A stretch of DNA of 64,000 nucleotides from Elusimicrobiota bacterium (GTDB lineage Bacteria; Elusimicrobiota; Elusimicrobia; UBA1565; UBA9628): contig JACRDN010000019.1 of assembly GCA_016218575.1 (NCBI GenBank), forward strand, positions 332,302 through 396,301, given 5' to 3'. The stretch's first letter is position 1; each line of letters opens with the position of its first letter. Below the pieces are notes generated by a model that saw only the letters and a list, made by a program, of their open reading frames with translations, was not told the DNA's origin and ran no database searches. The position numbers were made by a program, and so were the translations under genes. Shown piece by piece: positions 27,918 through 36,628 of the stretch.

Positions 27918-28877
27918 TAAGGACTGCAGAGCCCTCATTTTAGCGGGATTGAGGCCTTGCGTCAAGGCCGGTTCTTTGGAGAAGGGCAGGGTCAAAGCGA
28001 ACTCCTCGCTCCACTGGTACTCCGGCTTCTTGAAATCATGGCGCACCTTCAGTTTCACCAGGTACGAGTTCTGTTCGTTTAATTCCTGGTAGAGCGGTAT
28101 CAATAAGACGTTGCGCGGCAGATTGGCGAGATCCCTCTTGCCTTTGACCATGCCGAAAGCCATGGAGCTGCCGGCGGGAATCCTCTGGGCCTCGTACTGG
28201 ATGTCGGAGATCATTTTCTTGTCCAAGACCTCCGGCTTGATGGAGACGGACATGATTCCTTTTCCGCTTTCCTTGTCGTTGTAGGCCCGGAAAACCATGT
28301 TGTCTTGGATGAAGCGGAGCAGTTCTTCATCGGGTTTCGGAGCCGGCGGGGTCGGGTCGGGCCTGCCTTCTCCCTTGGCCAGTTGGAACACGTAGGAATC
28401 GGGCATTTCCCGGTTTTGGAAGCGGTGAACCGGGGGTTCCTGATAGCTGTAATGGGAGGACTTTACCTCCGCGGCGTAGGCATCGTAGCGGGAGAAGGGA
28501 TTTCCCGCGCCATGGTGGTAGGTGAGCTTGATCTCCTCGCTCTGTCCTTCCCGCAAGGCGGCATCGGCCGGGAATTGGAGCGCGACCTTCACCGGCTTCT
28601 CGTAGTCCCGGTACTCGTAGTCCCGGCAAACTCTCGTGGGATAACAGTATTGATGGCAGTGCCAATGGCATCCGCCGTGGGGGGCCGGAAGGCAGGAGCA
28701 ATGCTCGCGGCATTCGGTCTCCCAATGGCATCTCGTTTCGATTCGATAGACCCATAGCTTTAAATCGAACTCAACGCGGTCCTGGCCGGTGCGGCGCGCG
28801 GCGCTAAACTCATCGGCCCGGGCGTTCCCTGTCAATAGAGCGCAGAACAGTCCGGCGCAGGCAATTAGGTTTTTCAT
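27897..28877 (-). CDS. Cys/His-rich secreted hypothetical protein
   Basis: The start is set at the ATG at 28877, preceded by aggataaaa (SD), giving a signal peptide MKNLIACAGLFCALLTGNARA. A cluster CHWETECREHCSCLPAPHGGCHWHCHQYCYP suggests metal or disulfide binding. The 3' end overlaps the tRNA 5' end by 21 nt. Confidence 0.55.
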   Translation of the reverse strand: MKNLIACAGLFCALLTGNARADEFSAARRTGQDRVEFDLKLWVYRIETRCHWETECREHCSCLPAPHGGCHWHCHQYCYPTRVCRDYEYRDYEKPVKVALQFPADAALREGQSEEIKLTYHHGAGNPFSRYDAYAAEVKSSHYSYQEPPVHRFQNREMPDSYVFQLAKGEGRPDPTPPAPKPDEELLRFIQDNMVFRAYNDKESGKGIMSVSIKPEVLDKKMISDIQYEAQRIPAGSSMAFGMVKGKRDLANLPRNVLLIPLYQELNEQNSYLVKLKVRHDFKKPEYQWSEEFALTLPFSKEPALTQGLNPAKMRALQSLAGVVQW

Positions 28878-29059
28878 TTTTATCCTCGCGAGATAACCAA
28901 TCTGATGATATTCAAGCCCCGCTGTCAATGGAAAATGCTCGCTAGTCCTACGTTTGAAATAGGCCCTTCGACCCATGACAGTGTTGACGCGGCCGCCCTA
29001 AAACTGGTATTTGTATTTCACCGCGAATTATTCGATAAATCGCCGCATTGGGGGACGCT

Positions 29060-29671
29060 ATGGACACTCTGCAATTCGTGACGCGCTGGCTGCATGTCAT
29101 CGCCGGGATCACCTGGATCGGCCATCTTTATTTCTTCAACTTCGTCAACGTCCCCCTCCAGGCGGCCTTGGACGACGCGGGGAAAAAAGCCGTGAACCCC
29201 AAGCTCATGCCCCGCGCTTTGTGGTGGTTCCGTTGGGGCGCCATGCTCACCTTCCTGACCGGACTCCTGCTCTTTTCCCTCATCTATATGTATTTGCCGG
29301 GCGCGGGCTTCGGGCCAAACGCGCTGTTTCATGACGAGATGGGGCTGACCGACCGCGCCTCTTGGATCATGCTCGGCATGCTTTTTGGAAGCGTCATGTG
29401 GTTCAATGTCTGGTTCATCATCTGGCCCATCCAGAAAAAAATCCTCTCCGGCAAGGCGACCCCCGAGGAGTTGCCGGTGATCCGCCGCCGGGCCTACCTT
29501 GCTTCCCGCGCCAACACCTATCTCTCCGGGCCCATGCTCCTGGGGATGCTCGCCGCCAACCACATGACGGCTGGCTACACGGTGGGAGGGCTCCTGATCT
29601 GGTCCGCTTTGGCTCTCGCCGTCGTCTGGGTTGCGATCTTCCACGCCGACCGCGTGGGAACCTCGGTTTAA
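29060..29671 (+). CDS. Polytopic membrane protein (HemJ/CopD-like, uncertain family)
   Basis: There are 4-5 TM helices. The N-terminal motif RWLHVIAGITWIGHLYFFNFV (a conserved His in TM1) resembles HemJ/CopD-type heme/copper-handling membrane proteins. The ATG at 29060 is preferred over the TTG at 29048. Confidence 0.5.
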   Translation: MDTLQFVTRWLHVIAGITWIGHLYFFNFVNVPLQAALDDAGKKAVNPKLMPRALWWFRWGAMLTFLTGLLLFSLIYMYLPGAGFGPNALFHDEMGLTDRASWIMLGMLFGSVMWFNVWFIIWPIQKKILSGKATPEELPVIRRRAYLASRANTYLSGPMLLGMLAANHMTAGYTVGGLLIWSALALAVVWVAIFHADRVGTSV

Positions 29672-29693
29672 CACAAGTTTAGAACAGAAAAAT

Positions 29694-29722
29694 CCCTGCA
29701 TTTTAATATGCAGGGGTTTTCT
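29694..29722 (+). terminator. Rho-independent terminator
   Basis: ccctgcat-tttaat-atgcaggg is an 8-bp GC-rich stem with a 6-nt loop, followed by gttttct. It is preceded by aaaaat, so it could work in either direction. It lies 22 nt after the stop of the 29060-29671 gene. Confidence 0.6.
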
Positions 29723-29835
29723 ATTCTAGCGTCTGATGATCAAGGAGTTTTAGCGAGCTCCAAGTCGCCAACCGCGCTGATGTTTGTATTGGTTGCGGTC
29801 AACTATACGGTTCATCCGAGAAACGGGAGAAGAAT

Positions 29836-30372
29836 TTGATCAGTTATCTATCAACAGTCCCTTGCGTCAATGTCATCGTGTTGGCAACCTTATTTTGTGG
29901 TGCCTGCCAGCATGAATCCCCAAGTCAACGCTTTAAGTCCATGAAACTATATTCTGAAGTTAAGATCGGACCGGCTGTTGATAGTCGAACAAGAGAAGGC
30001 AAAAGGATTGCACTGATTATTCATCCCCGGCAGTTGAAGTCCAAGGACGAAGGGAATGAGCAGTGCAAGTTGTTCGCAATGCCGCACGATGTAGTGTTGG
30101 TGGAAGATGTCCATGAACTTGTGAGAATAGAAGTCAAGTATTTGGGGGAGATGATCAGCCTGGTCAATCTGCCGGATGAGAAAGGATTTCGAGCAGTGTA
30201 TGCGTATGACAGCGACTCCGGCTCAGAATCCACGACCCTGGAATATGCCGGCCAATTGGCCGCCGATAAAGTGTCCGGACATGCTTCAATGAACGTGGAT
30301 GAGCTTGGCAAGCGCTGCGCTATAACTTTTTCATTCAATGAACGCTTGCCATCTGTGAAGAACGAAAAGTGA
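29836..30372 (+). CDS. AT-rich ORFan, putative lipoprotein (likely horizontally acquired)
   Basis: The ORF is about 45% GC against a 65% background. It has a TTG start with a gggagaag SD 5 nt upstream and a signal peptide ISYLSTVPCVNVIVLATLFCGAC. I recognise no homology to any family. Confidence 0.45.
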   Translation: MISYLSTVPCVNVIVLATLFCGACQHESPSQRFKSMKLYSEVKIGPAVDSRTREGKRIALIIHPRQLKSKDEGNEQCKLFAMPHDVVLVEDVHELVRIEVKYLGEMISLVNLPDEKGFRAVYAYDSDSGSESTTLEYAGQLAADKVSGHASMNVDELGKRCAITFSFNERLPSVKNEK

Positions 30373-30420
30373 ATGTCCCGGAGCGCGGGGGATGAAAAGC
30401 AGGCCTTCTGCCTGGCGTTT

Positions 30421-30948
30421 TTAATTGATCAGGTTCAGGAACTCCTCGCGGGTGCGGGGGTCCTTTTGGAAGCAGCCGAGCATGGAGCTCGTGACCGTCG
30501 GGGAAAGCAGGCTCTCGGCCCCGCGCATCTCCATGCAGAGGTGGCGGGCCTGGATCACGACGCCCACGCCCAAGGGCTTGAGCTTTTGGCTTAGGATCGC
30601 GGCGATTTGATTGGTCATGCGCTCCTGGACCTGGAGTCGGCGGGCGAAGATGTCCACGATCTTCGGAAGCTTCGAAAGGCCGATGATTTTCTTGTCCGGG
30701 ATGTAAGCCACGTGGGCTTTGCCGAAGAAGGGCAGGAGGTGGTGCTCGCAGAGGCTGAAGAAGGTGATGTCTTTGACCAGGACCATCTCGTTGTAGGCCT
30801 CGGTAAACAGCGCGTCGTTGATGATCTTATCGACGTCGGCGCGGTAGCCGGCGGTGAGCTCCCGCAGGGCCTTGGCCACGCGTTGGGGGGTTTTTACGAG
30901 CCCCTCGCGCTCCGGGTCCTCCCCGAGCTCGGCCAGGATGCGGAGCAT
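30421..30948 (-). CDS. folE: GTP cyclohydrolase I
   Basis: [13 protein letters not shown]...[22 protein letters not shown]...QERMT is canonical FolE. The start is trimmed to [12 protein letters not shown] (ATG at 30948); the longer ORF would overlap pepA. Confidence 0.85.
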   Translation of the reverse strand: MLRILAELGEDPEREGLVKTPQRVAKALRELTAGYRADVDKIINDALFTEAYNEMVLVKDITFFSLCEHHLLPFFGKAHVAYIPDKKIIGLSKLPKIVDIFARRLQVQERMTNQIAAILSQKLKPLGVGVVIQARHLCMEMRGAESLLSPTVTSSMLGCFQKDPRTREEFLNLIN

Positions 30949-30971
30949 TCCCTCCGCGATCGGGTCCGGCT

Positions 30972-32417
30972 TCACAGGGCCGCGAGGTATTCGATTAAGG
31001 TGCGCACCATAGAGCCGGTCCCGCCCGCCGGGCAGTAGGCCGAAGGGGCGTCGGTCCACGCGGTGCCCGCGATGTCCAAATGGACCCAGGCGGCGCCGTC
31101 CACGAACTCCTGGAGGAAGAGCCCGCCGATGATGCTTCCGGCCTCCCCCCGCGCCTTGCCGATGTTCTGGAGGTCGGCGATCGAGCTCTTGATCTGGTCC
31201 TTGTAGTCCTTGACCAAGGGCAGCTCACAGACGGCCTCCTGGGTCTTGGCCGAGGCGGCCAAAAGCTGGCGCAGAAGTGCTGGATTGTTGGTCATGGCTC
31301 CCGTCACCTTGGAGCCCAAGGCCGTGACCACCGCTCCGGTGAGGGTCGCCAGGTCAATCAAGGCGTCGAGCTTCTGGCGGCTGGCGTAGGCCAAAGCGTC
31401 GGCCAGGATAAGGCGCCCCTCCGCGTCGGTGTTCAAGACCTCGATGGTTTTCCCGTTCATGGCCTTGATCACGTCCCCGGGCTTCATGGCGTCGGGTCCG
31501 GGCATGTTGTAGGTGAAGGCGCAGAAGCCGTGCACCTCGGCGCGGGCCTTGAGGCGCGGCAGAACCTTGAAGACGGCGAGGACCGAGGCGGCCCCGGCCA
31601 TGTCCATCTTCATGGTCTCCATGTGCTGCGGGGGCTTGAGGCTCAGGCCCCCCGAGTCGAAGGTGATGCCCTTGCCCACCAACCCCAGGCGCTTGCGCGC
31701 CGGGCCTTGGGGCTTGTAAACCAGATGGACGAAGGCCGGCTCATGGGCGCTGCCCCGGGCCACCCCGAGGAAGGAGCCCATGCCGAGCTCCTGGGCCTTG
31801 GCCCGAGAGATGACGCTGACCTTGATCCCGGAGCCGTCCAGGGACTTGGCGATTTCCGCCATGGCCTGCGGGGTCTTGTCCGAGGGCCCGCGGTTGACGA
31901 GATCCCTGGCCAGGCACACCGCCTCGGCGTGGAGCGCGGCCTTGGAGAGAGCCTTCTCGAAGCCGTTCTTTTCCGCGGCTTGCGCGGCGATGAAAACCGC
32001 CTCGGAGAGCTTCTCCTCCTCGCCCTTCTTGTATTCGAGGAAGCGGTAGGAGGCCAAAATCAGGCCCTCGGCCGCGGCTTGAGGATTGTCAGCGGGGAAC
32101 ACCGCGATGCGGGCAAAGCGCCCCTTGGCGTAGTGGAAGAGGCCCGCGGCGGCCCGGCGCAAAGCCTCGGCGTCGTAGTCCCCCTTTTTTCCAAGGCCGA
32201 CCAAGATGAGCTTTCCAAAGTTCGGCGAGGAGAACGAGGCGCAGTCGCCCAGTCCCCCTTTGAAGCCGTCGGCCTTGGCCTGGTCCAGAACGGCCTTGCG
32301 CTGGGCCGGGAGAACGGGCTTGGCTCCGGCGATGGGGCCCTCCTCAAAACAAAAAAGTGCCGTCGGGAGTTCGCTGCCTTTGAGAGAAGACTGGAGTGCT
32401 GTCGTCAATTTGATCAT
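30972..32417 (-). CDS. pepA: Leucyl aminopeptidase (M17)
   Basis: [17 protein letters not shown] is the M17 signature, with [11 protein letters not shown] and a metal-binding MKMDMAGAA. Confidence 0.85.
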   Translation of the reverse strand: MIKLTTALQSSLKGSELPTALFCFEEGPIAGAKPVLPAQRKAVLDQAKADGFKGGLGDCASFSSPNFGKLILVGLGKKGDYDAEALRRAAAGLFHYAKGRFARIAVFPADNPQAAAEGLILASYRFLEYKKGEEEKLSEAVFIAAQAAEKNGFEKALSKAALHAEAVCLARDLVNRGPSDKTPQAMAEIAKSLDGSGIKVSVISRAKAQELGMGSFLGVARGSAHEPAFVHLVYKPQGPARKRLGLVGKGITFDSGGLSLKPPQHMETMKMDMAGAASVLAVFKVLPRLKARAEVHGFCAFTYNMPGPDAMKPGDVIKAMNGKTIEVLNTDAEGRLILADALAYASRQKLDALIDLATLTGAVVTALGSKVTGAMTNNPALLRQLLAASAKTQEAVCELPLVKDYKDQIKSSIADLQNIGKARGEAGSIIGGLFLQEFVDGAAWVHLDIAGTAWTDAPSAYCPAGGTGSMVRTLIEYLAAL

Positions 32418-33115
32418 GGTTTAGTTCCTGGTGTGGATTCAAGAAAAAAATTTTCATGCAGGAGGGAAGCGGCCGCGGCCCCGGCCAGGGGGCCGATCCA
32501 ATAGACGAACCAATTCTCCCAGCGCCCGGTCGCCACCGCCGGCCCGAAGGCCCGGGCCGGGTTCAAGGCCGCGCCCGTGAGGGGCCCGATCGCGAGGGTT
32601 CCGAGAGAGACGGCCAGGCCGGCGGCCAGGGGGGCCGTGCCGGAAAATCCCCGGCAGTCCACGCTGGTGGCGTAAATGACGGAGACGAGAAAGAAAGTCA
32701 TCACCGCCTCGAGCAAGGTCCCCCCCTTGAACCCGATTCCCACAAGCCCCATGCTTCCCAAGAAAGGGGATGTGTTGGCCACATGCGGGTAGGCCTGCAG
32801 GGAGGAGGCGAGCAAAAGGCCGGCTAGGGAGGCGCCCAGAAGCTGGCAGATGACATAGAACACCCCCTTGACCGCGTCCATTCTCCGGTTGATGAGCATG
32901 GCCGCGGTCACGGCCGGGTTGAAATGGGCTCCGGAGATGGGGGCGTAGGCGTAGGACATGGCCGTGATCGCCAATCCGTGGGCCAAGGCGATTCCGGTAA
33001 GCCCCACTTTCCCTCCGGTGGCCGCGTCCATGCACACCGAGCCCGCCCCGACGAATACCAAGGCGAAGGTGCCGATAATCTCGGCCAAATACGACTTCAG
33101 GCTCCCTGTCACCAT
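32414..33115 (-). CDS. aqpZ: Aquaporin (MIP family)
   Basis: Two NPA boxes (HFNPAVT and ALNPARAFGPA), six TM helices, 233 aa. Confidence 0.85.
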   Translation of the reverse strand: MVTGSLKSYLAEIIGTFALVFVGAGSVCMDAATGGKVGLTGIALAHGLAITAMSYAYAPISGAHFNPAVTAAMLINRRMDAVKGVFYVICQLLGASLAGLLLASSLQAYPHVANTSPFLGSMGLVGIGFKGGTLLEAVMTFFLVSVIYATSVDCRGFSGTAPLAAGLAVSLGTLAIGPLTGAALNPARAFGPAVATGRWENWFVYWIGPLAGAAAASLLHENFFLESTPGTKP

Positions 33116-33125
33116 GGGAATGCTA

Positions 33126-35015
33126 TCAAATGGACAGGGCCTTGGCCAGAAGTAGAAGGCGGCGGGATGTTTCTTTTCGTGCTTCCGTCCGTTCTGGAGG
33201 AAGGTGCAGCCCGGCCGTGGTTTTCCGTTCCTTGAGCTGGGCCTGGTAGCTCTCGATCAAGGGCTTGAGGCGCTTGAGCCAGACCTGCCCCCGGCCCCGG
33301 TCGGGCCGTGTCGGGGACTCGCTCATCCTGATCGCCGCCGCCAGGGCGGACCGCCAGGCCCGCATCTCTTTGCCGTTGAGCCACTCGTGGTCGCTTTCAA
33401 GGAAGACAATCATTTCCTGGGCATGCCGTGCCAGCGCTTGCAGCAGGGGGCGATCTTGCGCCCTGGACCAGAGGCGCGCGGCGAGAGAATCGCGCAGTCT
33501 GCGGATGGCCGCCTCTTCCTCGGCGACAAGGTAGTTGTCGAGGATGATGGCGGCTATATCCTCCGTTTGACTGGCGAGCTCCCCCGCGGTTTCGGGAGAG
33601 AGGCGGGTATTCCGGATGCTTTTTCGCAAGGCGACGAATTCCGCGTAGCGCGTGTTGGACTCGTACATGCGAGCGGCAAGTCTGGAAAGAAACTCCTCCA
33701 AATCCTCCCATAGGGAGCTCCGATCGTCTTTGCGCGCCGCGAGCCTGGCGGTCAATCCCTCTCGGGCGCGCTCGGCTTGGGGAGTCAAGGCCAGGTAGGC
33801 CAGGCCCAGATCCCGAAACAGGGCGTCCTTCTCGCCCTTTTCATCGCGCAGAAAAGGGCTCGCGTAGAACACCAGGTTTTCCGCGGCCTCGGCGTACTCC
33901 ACGATCTGGGAAGGGATCATTCCCCGTCCCTGGTTTGCCTCGACGATATCCGCGGCTTGCCTTCTGGCTGCGCCATGGAGTTCTTGAAGGGCGCGGCTTA
34001 GGGCCGCGGCTCTCTCGGGGCTCGCTTCGAATTCTTCCGGAGAGGCGAAGGTGATCTGGAGCCGGCTGGCGACGTAGCCCAAGGTATTCGCCCCGGGGTT
34101 TTTTAAGAAATTCACCTCAAGCAGAGCTTGGGCGAGAGCATGCGCGGGATACTCCGGGCCTATGAGCGCAAGGGCCTCCGCCACGGCTTTCCTCCATTCC
34201 TGGCGGCGCGGCAGCCGCCGGGGCTTCCAAGATCGCTCCGGCTTGCTTGCGTCCCGGGGCTTTAGAAGGCCGGCCAGGCCGATGGATTTCGGGAAGGGCT
34301 CGCGCCGGGATCTGGGGCTTTCCGGCTCGATGGGGGCGCTGGCCTCCGGCGCGGGCGCCATAGAGCCCAAGGCCGCGGCGGTCCGGCTCATCTCGGCCGA
34401 CAATGCAGAGCCTTTTTTGAGCGATCTCTCGATCTTCTGGGCGAAAGACAGGGCGGATTCGATTCCTTTTCCGTACGGAGCGAGAAGCGCCAAAGTCTCG
34501 ACGGCCTCCTCGAGCTCCTCCAAGTCCCGCGCCGAGGACGGCACCGGTCTCTCGAAGCGCTTGCGGATGTTGTCCATCACTTCCAAGGTCTTTGCTTCCA
34601 CGTCCTCCTCCGCCCTTTTTCTGGCCCCGGAAATGGCTTCGAGCATGGATCGGGCCACGATCATTTTTACGTCCACGATTTCCGTTCCCGCGAGGCGATC
34701 GGCGCATTCGAGCATGAACTCCTCTTTGAGGTAAGGCTCCAGCGGCTTGAGGGCCATGTCCGCCCTTGTCGCGTCGGGCCACCGCACCTTCAGTTGAGCC
34801 ACGAAGTCCAGGGCGGGAGTGCCCCGTATCGGGTCAAGCAGCCGCTGCGCCTCGGCCGAGTCCAGAAAGGTCTTTAAGGTGGAGATGGTTCTGGACAGAT
34901 AGAGCCGGGGAAAATCAAATTTCAGGGGACCGGCCAGGCGCTCTCCCCCCAAGTTTGCGAAGGCGGCGGCGGAACTGGTCAGCGCCAGGACGGCGGCCAG
35001 GAAGAGCCTTCTCAT
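33126..35015 (-). CDS. Large alpha-helical secreted hypothetical protein
   Basis: It has a signal peptide MRRLFLAAVLALTSSAAAFA, is 629 aa and Ala/Leu/Arg/Glu-rich, and has no catalytic motif I recognise. Confidence 0.5.
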   Translation of the reverse strand: MRRLFLAAVLALTSSAAAFANLGGERLAGPLKFDFPRLYLSRTISTLKTFLDSAEAQRLLDPIRGTPALDFVAQLKVRWPDATRADMALKPLEPYLKEEFMLECADRLAGTEIVDVKMIVARSMLEAISGARKRAEEDVEAKTLEVMDNIRKRFERPVPSSARDLEELEEAVETLALLAPYGKGIESALSFAQKIERSLKKGSALSAEMSRTAAALGSMAPAPEASAPIEPESPRSRREPFPKSIGLAGLLKPRDASKPERSWKPRRLPRRQEWRKAVAEALALIGPEYPAHALAQALLEVNFLKNPGANTLGYVASRLQITFASPEEFEASPERAAALSRALQELHGAARRQAADIVEANQGRGMIPSQIVEYAEAAENLVFYASPFLRDEKGEKDALFRDLGLAYLALTPQAERAREGLTARLAARKDDRSSLWEDLEEFLSRLAARMYESNTRYAEFVALRKSIRNTRLSPETAGELASQTEDIAAIILDNYLVAEEEAAIRRLRDSLAARLWSRAQDRPLLQALARHAQEMIVFLESDHEWLNGKEMRAWRSALAAAIRMSESPTRPDRGRGQVWLKRLKPLIESYQAQLKERKTTAGLHLPPERTEARKETSRRLLLLAKALSI

Positions 35016-35167
35016 GGCGTTTATTCTACGATGTTTCTCTGGAGCAGTTCATAGGCCTTTCGGGGAAGAGCCCGCCCGGAAAATGGCCTAAGCCGCGCTG
35101 GGTCCGGGCGCTCCCGGCTGACTTGTCCACAAAAACTCCCCGCGAAGTTTTGTGGATAACCGGGGTT

Positions 35168-36628
35168 TTAGATTCTCTTTAGAAACGCCAGGGCCTCTTG
35201 CCGGGTCTTAATCCGGCCCTCGGCCTGGGCCTCGCGCACCTTCTCGAGAAGTTCCCCTACTTTGGGCCCGGCCGGGATGCGCAGGGCCTTCATGACGTCA
35301 TGGCCATTGATGAGGCGGGCGGGGACGGCCCGCTTTTTCTCGTCTAGGAGGCGGCGCATGAGATAGGCGATCACCTGGAGGTGATGCACCGTCTTTTCGG
35401 CTTCGGGATTCGGCTCGGCCCGCGCCTGCCTTAAGACGCAGAGAAGGCGCTTCTCCGGCAGATAGCTCGCGTGGTCGGCCCAGCAGACGAGAAGGAGGCT
35501 CAGGGCGTTCTCGCCTAGGTCCCGGCAGAACCGGTAGACGGCCTTGTCCGTGACCATGCCGCCGGCGGCCAAATGGCCGGGGCGCAGGTGATGGAGGATG
35601 GCCGCCGCGGCGATCTCGATGTGCTCGCGGGAAAACCGCAGCTTGGAGAGGATCACCGAGGCTTTCTTGGCCCCCAAAGCGTCGTGCCCGAAAAATCGCA
35701 GGCGTCCCCCCTGCCTGCGGGCGGTCTCCGGCTTTGCGACGTCGTGGAGGAGTGCCGCCAAGACGAGCAGGGGTTTGAGGCAGGACGCGCGCGCGGCCAA
35801 GGCCCGCTCGATGGCCTCCGCCTCGGCCGGGAATACGCGCTTGAGGTTGTTGAGGAGGAAATCCTCCCGGGCCGCGACGGCCAGGGAATGCTTGAGCACC
35901 CCTCCCGGCCCGTAGTAGACCGCAGCGCAGCGCCGGGCGGGACCCAACTCCGGGAAAACGGCTGTGAGAAGACCGGCCTCGTCCATGAGGCAAAGCCAGC
36001 GCGAAGAGCCCGGCGCGGACAAAAGGGCCATGAGCTCGGCTTGGATTCTTTCCCCGGCGGGTTCGCGGGCGAGATCCTTCAGGCGCCGGATCATGCCCAA
36101 AGTTTTGGGCTCTATGGAGAGCCCGAGCTGGGCGGCCAAGCGGAAGGCCCTCAAGAGGCGCAGGGGATCATCCCGGAAGAGCTGCTCGTTATCGGCCCTC
36201 AGAATTTTCTGGGAGACATCCTTGAGCCCTGCGCGAACATCGATGAGGCCGCCCGCGGCGATCGAGGCCGGCATGTCCGGCGTCAAGGGCAAGGCCAAGG
36301 CGTTGATGGTGAAGTCTCTCCGGGCGAGATCCTCTTCGAGGGTCTCGCCCTGCAGCAGCGCCACGTCCACTTGGCGTATCTCTCGGCACGAGGGGCCCAG
36401 AGCGATCCGGTAGACGGCGTTTTCCGGGTCTAGGACCACCATGGTCCCGCGCGCGGTTTTGGCCAATTTCTTGGCCAGGGGCAGGGGCTCTGGCGAGACC
36501 AGATCCAAGTCGTGGGTCTTGCGCTTTAGGAGCCAATCGCGCGGGGCTCCCCCCACCAGGTGGACGGGCCCGGGGCTTAAGCGCGCGGCCTGGCGCAGCA
36601 GCTTTAAGGCCTCAGGAGGCAGGCGCAC
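35168..36628 (-). CDS. cca: CCA-adding enzyme / poly(A) polymerase-family tRNA nucleotidyltransferase with HD domain
   Basis: It has an N-terminal pol-beta NTase head (VHLVGGAPRDWLL...DLDLV), a mid RADNEQLFRDDPLRLLRAFR, and a C-terminal HD motif LLHDVAKP. Confidence 0.8.
   Translation of the reverse strand: MRLPPEALKLLRQAARLSPGPVHLVGGAPRDWLLKRKTHDLDLVSPEPLPLAKKLAKTARGTMVVLDPENAVYRIALGPSCREIRQVDVALLQGETLEEDLARRDFTINALALPLTPDMPASIAAGGLIDVRAGLKDVSQKILRADNEQLFRDDPLRLLRAFRLAAQLGLSIEPKTLGMIRRLKDLAREPAGERIQAELMALLSAPGSSRWLCLMDEAGLLTAVFPELGPARRCAAVYYGPGGVLKHSLAVAAREDFLLNNLKRVFPAEAEAIERALAARASCLKPLLVLAALLHDVAKPETARRQGGRLRFFGHDALGAKKASVILSKLRFSREHIEIAAAAILHHLRPGHLAAGGMVTDKAVYRFCRDLGENALSLLLVCWADHASYLPEKRLLCVLRQARAEPNPEAEKTVHHLQVIAYLMRRLLDEKKRAVPARLINGHDVMKALRIPAGPKVGELLEKVREAQAEGRIKTRQEALAFLKRI

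Noticed and set aside
29672-29835. AT-rich intergenic stretch as a possible small RNA gene
   Set aside because: Apart from the clear terminator hairpin at 29694-29722, I saw no conserved-looking structure or promoter/terminator pair framing an sRNA. It is better explained as the UTRs and boundary of the low-GC ORFan insert.
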